This document shows, one piece after another, positions 39,436 through 49,702 of a stretch of 64,000 nt of DNA. The stretch's first letter is position 1; the number at the start of each line of letters is the position of its first letter. A program made the position numbers and the translations under genes. The DNA comes from an uncultured Planctomycetota bacterium (GTDB lineage Bacteria; Planctomycetota; Phycisphaerae; Tepidisphaerales; Tepidisphaeraceae), in the NCBI GenBank assembly GCA_963841915.1, contig CAWJEN010000006.1:896001-960000 (forward strand), read 5' to 3'. The notes beneath the pieces are model-generated. The model saw only the letters and a list, made by a program, of their open reading frames with translations, was not told the DNA's origin and did no database searches.

Positions 39436-39914
39436 CCGCTTTCCGCATCGGCCACGGCCACGACATCCACCGCGTCCAGGCCGGTGGCTTCATGAAGCTG
39501 TGCGGCGTCACCGTCGCCCGAGACCGCTCCTTCATCGCTCACAGCGATGGCGATGTCGCTCTCCACGCCATCGTCGACGCGATGCTGGGCGCGCTCGGCC
39601 AAGGCGACATCGGTCGCATCTTTGACAACACTGACGAGCGGTGGAAGGACGCAGACAGCAACTTCTTCCTGCAGGAGGCGGCTAATCGAGCTGAAGCTGC
39701 AGGGCTCTGCTGCATCAACCTCGACGTCACGATCCTCGCCGAAGCACCGAAGCTGGCAGGGCACATTGAGGCGATGCAGACGTCCCTTGCCAAAGTCCTG
39801 CGCGGGCAGATCAACATCAAAGCAGGCACCAACGAGGGCTGCGACGCAGTCGGCCGGGGCGAGGCCATCGTGGCGACAGCCGTCATCCTGCTCGGCCCGA
39901 TCAAGTCGTCGTAG
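39432..39914 (+). CDS. ispF: 2-C-methyl-D-erythritol 2,4-cyclodiphosphate synthase
   Basis: RIGHGHDIH, HSDGDVALHAIVDAMLGALGQGDIG, NIKAGTNE. Confidence 0.95.
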   Translation: MTAFRIGHGHDIHRVQAGGFMKLCGVTVARDRSFIAHSDGDVALHAIVDAMLGALGQGDIGRIFDNTDERWKDADSNFFLQEAANRAEAAGLCCINLDVTILAEAPKLAGHIEAMQTSLAKVLRGQINIKAGTNEGCDAVGRGEAIVATAVILLGPIKSS

Positions 39915-41034
39915 CCGCGTCTGCAGGTTCCTTCGATTCACCTGGGAACAGCAGAGAAAGCCCGATCCCGACGCTGACGGCCAGGGTGATGACACCCAGC
40001 GTGATCCAAGGCAACGCAGCCGCAAGGGCCGGTGCTGCGTCGTGGAGTGAGTGCCCGACGAGCATCTTGACGCCGATGTAGCCGAGCACGAAGGCCAAGG
40101 CTGGCTGCAGGAATCGAAATTCTCGAATGACGCCGGCCAGGGCGAAGTAGAGCGCCCGCAGGCCGAGAATCGCGAAGATGTTGCTCGTAAAGACAAGGAA
40201 CGTGTCCGCCGTGATGCCGAAGATCGCTGGTATGGAATCAACGGCAAAGATGAGATCCGTAAACTCGACCACGATGAGCGTCAACCCCAGTGGCGTGAGG
40301 ACCCAGCCGGCGGTCTTTGCAGCTGATGTCGTCGAAGGCTTAGGTGCTCCGAGATCGACCGGCTTCGGCGGATCGGCCTCGGGATCCTCGTGAAGCGACT
40401 CACCGGCTGCCAACTCCTCGCGGCGTATGACGAACCGCTGCCCGTGCAGCGTGTCGGTAACCGGCAAGAAGCGGTAGCTGAGCCGGACGATCATCGACTT
40501 GTTCGGATCGTGCTCGCTCCCCGCAAACAGCAGGCGGATCGCAGTGAAAATCAGAAAGATGCCAAAGACGTAGATGATCCACACGAATCGCTCGATCAGC
40601 TCCGCGCCGATGAGGATGAACACGCCTCGCAGGACGACCGCTCCGAGAATGCCCCAGAACAGCACGCGGTGCTGATATTGATCGGGAATCCGGAACGTCG
40701 AGAAGACAAGCGCGATGACGAAGACGTTGTCGATGCTGAGCGACTTCTCGGTGAGGTAGCCGCTGATATAGCTGACGACCGCCTCCCAGCCTGTATCGGG
40801 GTACAGGTAGTCCGGGCCCGGCTTGCCATCAGGGTACAGGCCGACGCCGTCCCAATGGCTGTTGTAGACGAAGTAGACCACGCCTGAAAACGCCAATGAC
40901 AACCCGACCCAGATCGCCGACCAGATCAGCGCCTCTTTCACGCTGACCACGTGGGCCTTGCGGTGAAAGACACCGAGATCCAGGGCGAGCATTGCGACGA
41001 CGAACAGCAGGAACCCTGCCCAGAGCCAAACCAT
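39901..41034 (-). CDS. TerC/Alx family membrane protein
   Basis: LALDLG, EKSLSIDNVFV, YQHRVLFWGILGA, DLIFAVDSIPAI, SNIFAILGLRALYF. Confidence 0.93.
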   Translation of the reverse strand: MVWLWAGFLLFVVAMLALDLGVFHRKAHVVSVKEALIWSAIWVGLSLAFSGVVYFVYNSHWDGVGLYPDGKPGPDYLYPDTGWEAVVSYISGYLTEKSLSIDNVFVIALVFSTFRIPDQYQHRVLFWGILGAVVLRGVFILIGAELIERFVWIIYVFGIFLIFTAIRLLFAGSEHDPNKSMIVRLSYRFLPVTDTLHGQRFVIRREELAAGESLHEDPEADPPKPVDLGAPKPSTTSAAKTAGWVLTPLGLTLIVVEFTDLIFAVDSIPAIFGITADTFLVFTSNIFAILGLRALYFALAGVIREFRFLQPALAFVLGYIGVKMLVGHSLHDAAPALAAALPWITLGVITLAVSVGIGLSLLFPGESKEPADAATTT

Positions 41035-41176
41035 CCCAGAACATAGCGCCCGCTGCGGCTGAACAATTTTGCACTTGATCCGTTAGGGCGTTGTGCGCAT
41101 ACTACCCGAACAACGTCCGTCCGAACCATTACCGCACATCGCGGACTTATCGGCCGACGGCAGCGGGCAAAGGATT

Positions 41177-41785
41177 ATGCTCACCACCCTCAAGATTCGT
41201 CGACTCTGGCAGCTAGGCCGGTACCGCGCGCTCATCCGTGAATTGACTGCAGGCCGGCCGGAGGGGCGGTTGGGCCTTGACGAGACGGTGGGCGGGCCAG
41301 TCGTCGCCGCAGCCGTCGGCCTCGTCCGGCTCCGGGAGTTGAATCAGACTGGCGGCGTGGCTGAGGAGATGCGACAGCGGCTGCTCTGGACGCAAACACG
41401 CGACGGTTCCTGGGGCGAGGCAGGTGACACCGACGACAACTGGTTCATCAAGACTGCACTTGCGGTGCGCGCGCTGCACGGGCTCGACGCTGCGGCAGCG
41501 GGTGGCTTGGCGTTCTTGAGAAGGCGGCAAGGCCGCGCCGGCTGGGGCAGTGCGTCGGCCACAACAGCCGTGGTGCTCCTGGAGGCCGGTCGACTTCCTG
41601 ACGCCGAGTTCCGCTTGGCAGACGCGATGCTGGAGGAGCCGACGACCGGTGTTAGCGAACCTGACGCGGTGACACGATGGGCCTGGAAGCACGCGAAGCT
41701 GCGTTGTGGTCGTCTGGTCAAGGCCCAAAGACCGCAGCGTCTTGCGGTCATAGCAGACGAGCCGACTCTCGCCTTCGCAGCGTGA
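41177..41785 (+). CDS. Hypothetical protein with prenyltransferase/squalene-cyclase-like QxxxGxW repeats
   Basis: LLWTQTRDGSWG and LAFLRRRQGRAGWG segments with TALAVRAL between them. Confidence 0.55.
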   Translation: MLTTLKIRRLWQLGRYRALIRELTAGRPEGRLGLDETVGGPVVAAAVGLVRLRELNQTGGVAEEMRQRLLWTQTRDGSWGEAGDTDDNWFIKTALAVRALHGLDAAAAGGLAFLRRRQGRAGWGSASATTAVVLLEAGRLPDAEFRLADAMLEEPTTGVSEPDAVTRWAWKHAKLRCGRLVKAQRPQRLAVIADEPTLAFAA

Positions 41786-42170
41786 GCTTCAGGATCATCG
41801 AAGGACGCCTAAGCAGCGGCTTTGCGAGCCACAGGCTTCAGACGTCAAAACAGCAGATGGTCCTGGACGCCTTCGCGCCGGCGACTCCGTACTAGAGCTA
41901 GCTCTTTCTATCGCTCGGCCGTCATTCTTAGCGAGCACAGCAATTTGAAGGTCCTTGCACGTGCTATGGATGCCAAGCGGGGGGGGTTCAAGTACAAGCC
42001 GCGCCTAGCAGAGGGCCGTACCGGCTGCTGTGACGTCTGGTAAAACAGTAGCCGGTCGGCTAAGCCGACCGGCTGGTCTAAATCTGATCGTTCTGGGCTC
42101 AACTCGCTCCAGAATTTTGCCGATACACCGTCAGAATCTGAATCGTACTTCTTGTGCAGGGCATTCGCAC

Positions 42171-42404
42171 TCAGCAGAACGTCTCGACCGCCAAGGGGTA
42201 GGGAATCAGATCGGGGCGAACGAGGTGGAGCTTGCGGAGGCGTACCTCTGCAGACTCAGTCGCCTCAACCTCCTCGGGTGCCTCAGCCGCCTCTACTGCG
42301 GGATTGACCAATACGGGCATTGCGGGCTGCGGAGCCTTCGAGCCAGAGAGCGTCAGAGCCGCGGTTGCGGTGAGTAGAGCAAGAAGGGTCGGGTAACGGC
42401 TCAT
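42171..42404 (-). CDS. Small secreted protein (77 aa) ending RKLHLVRPDLIPYPLAVETFC
   Basis: Signal-like N-terminus MSRYPTLLALLTATAAL, acidic linker, C-terminal Cys. Confidence 0.65.
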   Translation of the reverse strand: MSRYPTLLALLTATAALTLSGSKAPQPAMPVLVNPAVEAAEAPEEVEATESAEVRLRKLHLVRPDLIPYPLAVETFC

Positions 42405-42555
42405 CAAAGTCTCCGATAAAATCGGGTCGGTGGTCCAACCACCTGCGGGATGGCGTGTCAACGCGTGTCACACGACCTTCGTATAGATAATCCAATTCGG
42501 TCTCAAGGGCAAGTCACGACCCGCTACACGCCGACTTGTCGGAGCGGCTGTAGAG

Positions 42556-43092
42556 CTACGTCGTCTCGTCGTAAACGCCGTCGCCAGCCGGTGGCGGGGC
42601 AACGGCGTCGGCCGCGGGCTCTGCGTCGGCGATGTTATCGGACGCTGCCTCGGCAGCTTTGGCACCCGTCGCTCCGCCAAGCGACGAGATGACGAATCGA
42701 ATCAGCATCGGCTTGCCGAACTTGAAGCCCAGCCGAACCAGCCGAGTCAGCAGGCTCGGCTTCTTCTTGGCCATTGGCGGCCGCATGCCTTGTGCAGCCT
42801 GTGCCTTCAGCGTCCGCTCCAGCCGTTCGATCCGCTCGTCGACCGGCTTCTGCTTCGACGGTACAAACGCGACGGCAGCAATCAAACCGGCCCCGGCGGC
42901 AACGCCCAAGCCGGCCAGCGGGTACTTGCGGACAATCACCCGCGGGTCGGCGACGGCCTTGAGGTGCAGCTTCAGATCGCTCGCCGCTGCTGCCATAGCA
43001 AGCTTGGCGTCATCAGCCTGCAGGCGATAAACCGCCCGCTCGCCGCCTTTGATTTGCAGTTCAGGGTCCGGCACGGGGTCGACGTCGCTCAT
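42556..43092 (-). CDS. Hypothetical membrane protein (YqjK/DUF3618-like position)
   Basis: VRKYPLAGLGVAAGAG. Overlaps the upstream gene stop. Confidence 0.65.
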   Translation of the reverse strand: MSDVDPVPDPELQIKGGERAVYRLQADDAKLAMAAAASDLKLHLKAVADPRVIVRKYPLAGLGVAAGAGLIAAVAFVPSKQKPVDERIERLERTLKAQAAQGMRPPMAKKKPSLLTRLVRLGFKFGKPMLIRFVISSLGGATGAKAAEAASDNIADAEPAADAVAPPPAGDGVYDETT

Positions 43093-43565
43093 GGTTGCTC
43101 CTCTCGCCGATGTCGCTCAGCCTCGGCACGGTCGGCGGCATCGACGGCAAACGACTCCCGCTGACGACGCAAACGCTCACCGTACGCATGCCTCGCGGTG
43201 TGCTTACCGGCCGAGCTGATCGAGCGGATGACGAACCACACGATCAGCGGCACGCCGAGTGCACCAATCAAACCAATCGCAAGCGGGCCAACCCACGCGA
43301 ACCCGCTCGGCATGAGGGCACTGATGGCACCGGCCAGGCCGATGACAAGCATGACGCACATCGTTATGAGCACCGTCAAGCCGATGAGAGCAAGCACGAC
43401 CAGCAGCACGGCCAGCAGCGCAAGCCGCTTGAGCGTCAGCGTCGTGCTGCCGACCTTGGCAGACACATACTGGCCCAGGTAGGCCAGAAGCTCTCGCGCG
43501 TGCGTCGCTGCGGCGGCAAGGTGCTGCTTGAGGTCCGGAGGTTCGGGCGGGCGGGCGTCGCTCAT
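43089..43565 (-). CDS. Two-TM YqjE/phage-holin-family-like protein
   Basis: Two long hydrophobic segments, downstream of an ElaB-like gene. Confidence 0.6.
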   Translation of the reverse strand: MSDARPPEPPDLKQHLAAAATHARELLAYLGQYVSAKVGSTTLTLKRLALLAVLLVVLALIGLTVLITMCVMLVIGLAGAISALMPSGFAWVGPLAIGLIGALGVPLIVWFVIRSISSAGKHTARHAYGERLRRQRESFAVDAADRAEAERHRREEQP

Positions 43566-43603
43566 AGTGGCCGCAGGTTCACAGGGTAAGACTGTCGGCA
43601 ATC

Positions 43604-43822
43604 TCATCGCTTGATGAGCCAACCCGCAACGACTCCGACGGCACACCCAGCAACTAGTGCGACTGCCGGCTTCTGGCGGATGACATTGCGAGCCTGACGC
43701 AGGCCCGCATGGGCCGCGTCGGCCGCATTGCCACCGGCGGACGGCTCGGCAGGCTCACCCACTGGTGGGACATGTGCCGATGCTGAAGCGGGTGGAACAG
43801 AAGCAGTGGGCGGACGCATCAC
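43604..43822 (-). CDS. ElaB/YqjD (DUF883)-like tail-anchored protein
   Basis: C-terminal IRQKPAVALVAGCAVGVVAGWLIKR. Confidence 0.65.
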   Translation of the reverse strand: MMRPPTASVPPASASAHVPPVGEPAEPSAGGNAADAAHAGLRQARNVIRQKPAVALVAGCAVGVVAGWLIKR

Positions 43823-43900
43823 ATAAGCCTACCCGCCCCGATTCTTCTCGACACTCAGCCACGCTGCGGCTACGTTGCTCTCCGTCCTACCGCGCCTTCC

Positions 43901-44335
43901 ATGGGCATTCGCGAGCAGATCAACGAGAAGCCCGCAATTGTTACCGCCGCTACGGCGGGGATCTTGTTTTTGGCTCTCCTGTGGATGTCGTTTCAATTGG
44001 GCTTCTTCGGGAAACCGTCGGCGCCGGCAAGTGCCTACTTCTGGCTCGGCGACAACCGCTTTGTCATCGGCGACATGCGAAGCTACTACGAGAGTGACCC
44101 GCTCGATCCCAGCCGCCCGGTGATCGCCTACCGCGTGAAACCGAGCGGCGGCGGGGAGTTGGTGCTTTGGTACCTCCAGCGCTTGACGACGGAGCAGGGC
44201 AATGGAGTCGCGGCCGAAATTCGTACGCCGACGATGTCTCGATGGGTGTCGATAAACTCGCCCGAAGCTGCCGAGATTAGGCGAAACGTGCCCCTCGACG
44301 GCGACGGACAGGTGATGGTTCCGCATCAGCCCTGA
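43901..44335 (+). CDS. Hypothetical protein with N-terminal TM anchor
   Basis: MGIREQINEKP followed by a hydrophobic segment. Confidence 0.65.
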   Translation: MGIREQINEKPAIVTAATAGILFLALLWMSFQLGFFGKPSAPASAYFWLGDNRFVIGDMRSYYESDPLDPSRPVIAYRVKPSGGGELVLWYLQRLTTEQGNGVAAEIRTPTMSRWVSINSPEAAEIRRNVPLDGDGQVMVPHQP

Positions 44336-44340
44336 AATTC

Positions 44341-45327
44341 TTAAGGTTTACGTCCTTCAAGCAGCGCAGTCGCACGCTCCACCGCCACCGGCAGCGCGTC
44401 GGCTACCTCAAGGTAATCAACCTGCATCGCGCGGATGTCGTCGGCGGCGGTGTCCCGCACCGAGCCGATGGTAAAGCCACTGTCGAGCAGCATCTGTTCG
44501 GTTTTTGCACGAATAAGAAAATCAATGAGCGACTTCGCAGAAGCCTGGTCGGAACCCGTGTTGCGGACAAGGGCCACGGTCGTCGGCAAGGTCAGCGTGC
44601 CGATGCCGTCGGCAGCCTGATCGAGGAGCACCATCTGCACGTCGCTGCCGAGATTCCTTTGAGCGGCGGCGACGTCGTCGTTGTCGGTCAGGCCCGCATC
44701 GGCCGAACCCGTCGCCACCGCCTCGGCGGCGTAGCTGTTACCGGCGACGAGCGCCACGTCGTTCGCACGCATGCGACGGAACAGGTCATCAAACGCCGTC
44801 TCGCCCAGCGTGACATACAAAGCGGCGACGTGGCTGCCCGTCGTCCCGGCGGTCGGCCGCGCAATGACAGCTCGGCCACGTAAGGCATCCTGCGTCAGGT
44901 CGTCCAGCGTCGCCACGTGACCAGCGTCGGCTGAGACGGCAAGCACGCGGGCGCGAATGCCGGTGCCGTGCCAACGCGCGTCGGCATCTCGGTACAACGG
45001 CGCGACGCCGTCGGCCGTCGCTGGCACATACCGCTCGAAGAGATCTTCATCGGCAAGCCGGATCGTCCGGAACGGCTCGTTGCCCCACCAGACGTCAGCC
45101 ACCGGCCGGTCCTTCTCCGCACGCAACCGCTCGGCAAGGCCGACGCTTTTGGTCGCCTCCGTATCCGTTACGACACGCACCGCCACGCCTGACTCTGCCT
45201 CGAAAGCATCAATGATCGGCTGCGCGTAGGCGACGTCAACACTCGTGTAGAGCGTGACCGACGGACGTTCGTCGTTTCCGCAGCCGAGCAGACACAGTGC
45301 AAGCACGAACATCGGGACGCCACGCAT
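44341..45327 (-). CDS. ABC transporter substrate-binding lipoprotein (Fe3+/AfuA-like)
   Basis: Lipobox LLGC, VTLYTSVD, DTEATKSVGLAERL, ADVWW. Confidence 0.85.
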   Translation of the reverse strand: MRGVPMFVLALCLLGCGNDERPSVTLYTSVDVAYAQPIIDAFEAESGVAVRVVTDTEATKSVGLAERLRAEKDRPVADVWWGNEPFRTIRLADEDLFERYVPATADGVAPLYRDADARWHGTGIRARVLAVSADAGHVATLDDLTQDALRGRAVIARPTAGTTGSHVAALYVTLGETAFDDLFRRMRANDVALVAGNSYAAEAVATGSADAGLTDNDDVAAAQRNLGSDVQMVLLDQAADGIGTLTLPTTVALVRNTGSDQASAKSLIDFLIRAKTEQMLLDSGFTIGSVRDTAADDIRAMQVDYLEVADALPVAVERATALLEGRKP

Positions 45328-45343
45328 GCCGAACCGTATCCGC

Positions 45344-46654
45344 TTACAGAGGCATGCCGAAGTTCGGCAGCTCGCCGCCCCGAATAATAGCGTCATAGAT
45401 CTGCCGCGTCTGCTTTGCTTTGGCCGGCCAGGTGAAAAGCGATCGCACCCGCTCCGCCGACCGCCTTCCCTTAATTTCGATCGACGATGGGTCGTCGGCC
45501 AGCTTGTTGAGCAGCTTTGCGAAGCCATCGACGATCGTCTTCCGATCGCCCAGCGGCACGAGCCAGCCGACATCATCGGTGACGAGTTCGGGAGGTCCCG
45601 CGTAGTCGACACATGCAACCGGCAGTCCGACGGCCATCGCTTCGAGCGCGACGCCACCACCAAATTCGCGGATGCTGGGGAAGACCATCAGGTCGGCCTC
45701 GGCTAACACGCCCGGCACCTCTTCGTGCTTGACCCAGCCGGGAAAGCTCACGCCCTCGACGCCTGCCGTCTGCTGTTGGAGCTCCTCGAGCATCGGCCCT
45801 TGCCCGTAAATCGTTAGCGTCGCGCGGCCTTCTTTAAGCAACGGCATCGCCGCCTCAATCGCCATGTCGAAGCCTTTATAAGCGACCAGCCGGCCGATGC
45901 TGACAAGTCGCAACGGCCCGTCACCTGCAGTTCGGGTCCGCTCGGCGACGAAGCGGGCAGGGTCGATGCCGTTTTCCGGCAAGTAGATCGTGCGGCCGTT
46001 GACGCTGTCCGGCATCTGCCTGAGCGTCTCGCGGCTGCCGCAGACGATGGCCGAGGCGTTCTTGCGGGCAGAGCTGTAGCCCGGCAGCAGCTTGTACGCC
46101 GACCGAATGCTGGCGAGCCATTCGCGCTCCTTCCGCTGAGCTGACTTAAAGGCCTTGGGCCAAGGGGCTCCGCCGTTGAGGGGGCCCCAGACGAAGGGCA
46201 CCCCTAATTTCGCACATCGCCGCGCTGTCTTCGGACCAATCGTTGGTGACAGCGGCGTCACCTGATGTACTACCTCAAAGCGACCTGCGGCAAAATCTTT
46301 GCCAAAGTGCTGCCACAGCAACCGCTCGAAGTAGGCGTAAGTGAACGCAGACGCCGCCTGCAGGATCGTCCAGCCCTTGCCCTCACCTGCGATCTTGACG
46401 GCCAGCTTGTATGCCGGGCCGACGAGCTTTTCGCTGTCGATCGCGGTAAAATCATCGCCCTCGACGAGTCCAGCGCGAAGCAAAGCCTCGCGGTTGCGGA
46501 CCTGCGTCGCCAGGTGTACGTCGGCAACCTCGCGAAGGGCGTTGTAGTGCGACCAGCCGACGAGTGGCACACTAACCCACTCCGGGTTGCAGGCCTCTGC
46601 GATAACGAGAACCTTGGGCTTGTTTCGATCCTTCACATTGGTGATCATCGGCAT
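45344..46654 (-). CDS. Glycosyltransferase family 4
   Basis: AEACNPEWVSVPLVGW, IGRLVAYKG, PSIREFGGGVALEAMAVG. Confidence 0.9.
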   Translation of the reverse strand: MPMITNVKDRNKPKVLVIAEACNPEWVSVPLVGWSHYNALREVADVHLATQVRNREALLRAGLVEGDDFTAIDSEKLVGPAYKLAVKIAGEGKGWTILQAASAFTYAYFERLLWQHFGKDFAAGRFEVVHQVTPLSPTIGPKTARRCAKLGVPFVWGPLNGGAPWPKAFKSAQRKEREWLASIRSAYKLLPGYSSARKNASAIVCGSRETLRQMPDSVNGRTIYLPENGIDPARFVAERTRTAGDGPLRLVSIGRLVAYKGFDMAIEAAMPLLKEGRATLTIYGQGPMLEELQQQTAGVEGVSFPGWVKHEEVPGVLAEADLMVFPSIREFGGGVALEAMAVGLPVACVDYAGPPELVTDDVGWLVPLGDRKTIVDGFAKLLNKLADDPSSIEIKGRRSAERVRSLFTWPAKAKQTRQIYDAIIRGGELPNFGMPL

Positions 46655-46747
46655 GACAGCGCGCAAAAACAACGGGAGCCGAGGAACGTCCTCGACTCCC
46701 GCCGCACGCCAGTGTGTTGTGAGCTGCAGACACCTGCCCGCGGCAGA

Positions 46748-49527
46748 TCAGGCACCGAGGCGGCTGAGGCCCAGGTTGTCGAGCATGATCGTGTAGACCG
46801 CGTCGGCGTTGGCGTCGTAGAAGTCGTCGTCACCGACGCCGTAGGTGTTGTCCCACTCGCTCTCGTCCATGAAGTTTGAGCGGGAGTCGCCCGTGCCGAT
46901 CCAGTTGACGCCGCCCTCGGCCCAGCCACCGGGCGTTGCCGCCGGCCAGACGTTGCCGTTGATCGCCTCGTACTCGCTGAGGTCGTTGTCTTGGTGGCTG
47001 AAGGCGGCGGCCCCGTAGGCACCGACCTCGAGGTTCGGAGCGACGTAGACGTTGTCTGTCAGTCGCAGCCCCTCGCTGCCGCCCCACGACTTGATCATGC
47101 CGCCGCGGGTGCCGGTGTTGGTGATGAGGTTGCCGTGCACCGTCAGGTCGACCACGGTACGGCCGTAGGCGGAGTCGAAGCCTTCGACGGTGATGGCGTG
47201 GTAGTTCTCGACATTGATGCGGTTGAAGCGGACGTCGACGTGCTCGGCACCGTGCTCGACGATGAAGCCGGCGTCGTCGCGATGGTCGTTGTACTCGAAG
47301 ACGGCGTACTCCCAGCGGTCCTGCTTGTGGCTCAGACCGTCGGCGTCACCGAGCGGCCCGACACCGCTGACGCCGCGGAGCGTGTTGTTGGCGACGTAGG
47401 CGTAGCTGCCGTGCTGCACGACGAGTGTGCCCTTGGCCGTGTCCCACTGGTCGCTCTGCGAACCTTTGTTGCGGCGGTCGATGTTGTCGAAGTCGTTGCC
47501 GCTGATCGTGACGCCTTCGATGCCACGGGCGAGCCGGATGATGTGTTCTCGGGTCGAGTTGACGGCCGTGTTGCCCAAGACGGTCATGCGGTCGCCCTGA
47601 CCCCAGATGAAGTAGGCACGAACGCCGGTCTCGCTCGGGGCATCATTGCCTTGGACCAGCATGCCGCTCGGGTTGGACGAGCCGAGGATCGCGGAGCTGA
47701 CATCAAGGAACGTGTTGTCCTGAATCGTGATGTTCGTGCCGGCCGGCACGATGCCGTTGGCGATCATCTTGCCCGTGTGCTGGACGCCGCGATTGGTCAG
47801 GGTCAGGCCACGGACGACGGTGCCGTCTGCACTGCCGTGCATGAAGACCATCGACTTGGTCCAGGTGTGCTCGCCTCGCCATTCGACCTTCGGCTTCGAT
47901 CCACTGCCGTAGGCGGTGATGGTGATGTCGTCGTTGCGGATGTGGATCTCTTCGTGCAAAGCGTGGGTCTGGCCGCGACGGAAGCGGATCTCGACGTGAT
48001 CGCCCTCGGCCTCCATCAGATCCAGTGCGCGGGCGGCAGAGCGGACGGCAGACGATGGCGGTCGAGCCGTCGTTGTTGTCGTTGCCGGAGTTGGCGTCGA
48101 CGTGGATCAGGCGACGCTGCGATGCTGCCACGGTGACGGTCGTCTGTGACTCGCCGATACGGCCGTTCTCGTCAGCGACGCGGAGCGTGATCGTGTACGT
48201 GCCGGGCTCGTCATACACGTGTGAGCCGACGAAGCCACGGATGCGATTGAAGTCAGAGCCGTTGTCGCCGAAGTCCCACTCGAAGGTGGCATCGTTGAAG
48301 TCACCTGCGTTGAAGCTCGTCTGCAGACCATCGACGTGGACGCTCTGACCGGCGATGATTGTGCGATCCTGGACCGACAGGCGAACCGTCGGAGCATCGG
48401 CGTCGCCGCTCGACGGTGGCAAAGGATCGCTCGTCGGCGGTTGAGGTGTCGCGGGAGGCGTGACCGGCGCGTTCGGCTGGCTGATGGCCTGGGCGACCTC
48501 GAAGTTGTACGTGACGGGCTTGCCGATGTCGCCGCTGGCACCCTTGTCGACGAATGTCTCGATGGTGAGCGAGTAGCTACCGGGCTTGGCCGACCAGGCA
48601 TTGAGCACGCCGTTGCTGTCGCCGTGAACGGCAAAGGGTGCATAATTCTCGGTGTGCGTCCAGGTGCCGTCGGGACCTTGGAGAGTGAAGCGGACTGATC
48701 CCTTAAACTCGAAGCCGGCTGAATCGATCGACGTCGACCACGATGCCGCCGTTGTTGATGGCATCGACGTCGAGCGTTCCGCCGTTGGCGACGCTGATCG
48801 ACTGACCATCGGCCAACACGGTCACGCTCTGGACGCGAAGATCTGCAAAGCCACTCTTGACGTCAACCTTGCTGATACGACCGGCGGAGGTTTCGACCTT
48901 CACGCCGACGTGGTTCTGTCCGATCTGACGGGCCAGGCGAAAGGCGTCGAACCGGCCGCGACGGCCGCTGAAGCCTTCGGTCTCGTGGAAGACCTGCACC
49001 CGCTCAACGTCACTCGTCACGTTCACTTCCGGCCGCGTCTTAGTCAGTCGACTGTCGAGGCGGACATTGTCCACGCCCTCCGTGCCGCTGACGGTGATGC
49101 GACGAACCCGCTCGACGTTGACCCAGTCGCCCTCAGTCCGCTCGCCGTTTGGACCGACCATGACACCACGAAGGTGAGAGCCGTCAAGGTCGAGCTCGAC
49201 GGCCATACCGGCGGCGGAGATCTGATTCGGGTCAAGCGACAGCGTGTCACCTGCGAACTCGACCGAGCCGGCACTGACACTCATGAGGCGTCGCGCTTCG
49301 AGCGGCGACAAGTTGTTGTCGGCGGCCGGTGCCTGATCACCCTTTCGACGGTTCGGCACGTAACGACGGAACTCACGTTGCTCCTGCACATTGAAGAAAC
49401 GGCCGGCGTTCCGCTTGCCACCGATGGTCGCGGCCGCGGCGGCGGCGACGACATCGAGCGGGCTTTCGTAGTCGGAGGTGTCCCCGATCGCTTCGTTGGG
49501 CTGGCGTGACATGGTCATAACTTCCAA
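46748..49527 (-). CDS. Large extracellular protein with LEPR-xLL-like motif, PKD domain and right-handed beta-helix (two apparent frameshifts)
   Basis: Three overlapping ORFs (48703-49527, 47703-48809, 46748-48016) join into ~925 aa after removing net +1 shifts near 48725 and 48060. PKD motif FEWDFGD...HVYDEPGTYTITLRV. Confidence 0.75.
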
Positions 49528-49702
49528 TACATCGGCTGCCTATGCCTACCAAACCTCCTAAATTAGCAGCGGACCCGATAAGATCGGGCCCGCTGCGTCT
49601 CAAAGCATTCGCTTCGACGTTTGTAGATTTACCGGGCCAAGATCGGCCGGTTCAGGTCGCAATTGCGACGCCTGTCGGCCGTCGCTGCGCCACTCTTGGC
49701 AC

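Noticed and set aside
41035..41176. yybP-ykoY manganese riboswitch upstream of terC/alx
   Set aside because: No recognisable motif, and a -10-like hexamer 5 nt before the start suggests the gene has no leader.
41978..41997. GGGGGGTTCAAGT resembling a tRNA or tmRNA T-arm
   Set aside because: No complementary T-stem, acceptor stem or cloverleaf could be built.
43089..43565. Holin-like gene as evidence of a prophage
   Set aside because: The context is an ElaB/YqjD-like cellular operon with no phage genes nearby.
44341..45327. Orphan iron-binding protein forming a metal-homeostasis system with VIT1 and TerC
   Set aside because: The genes are unlinked and common, and I saw no shared operator.
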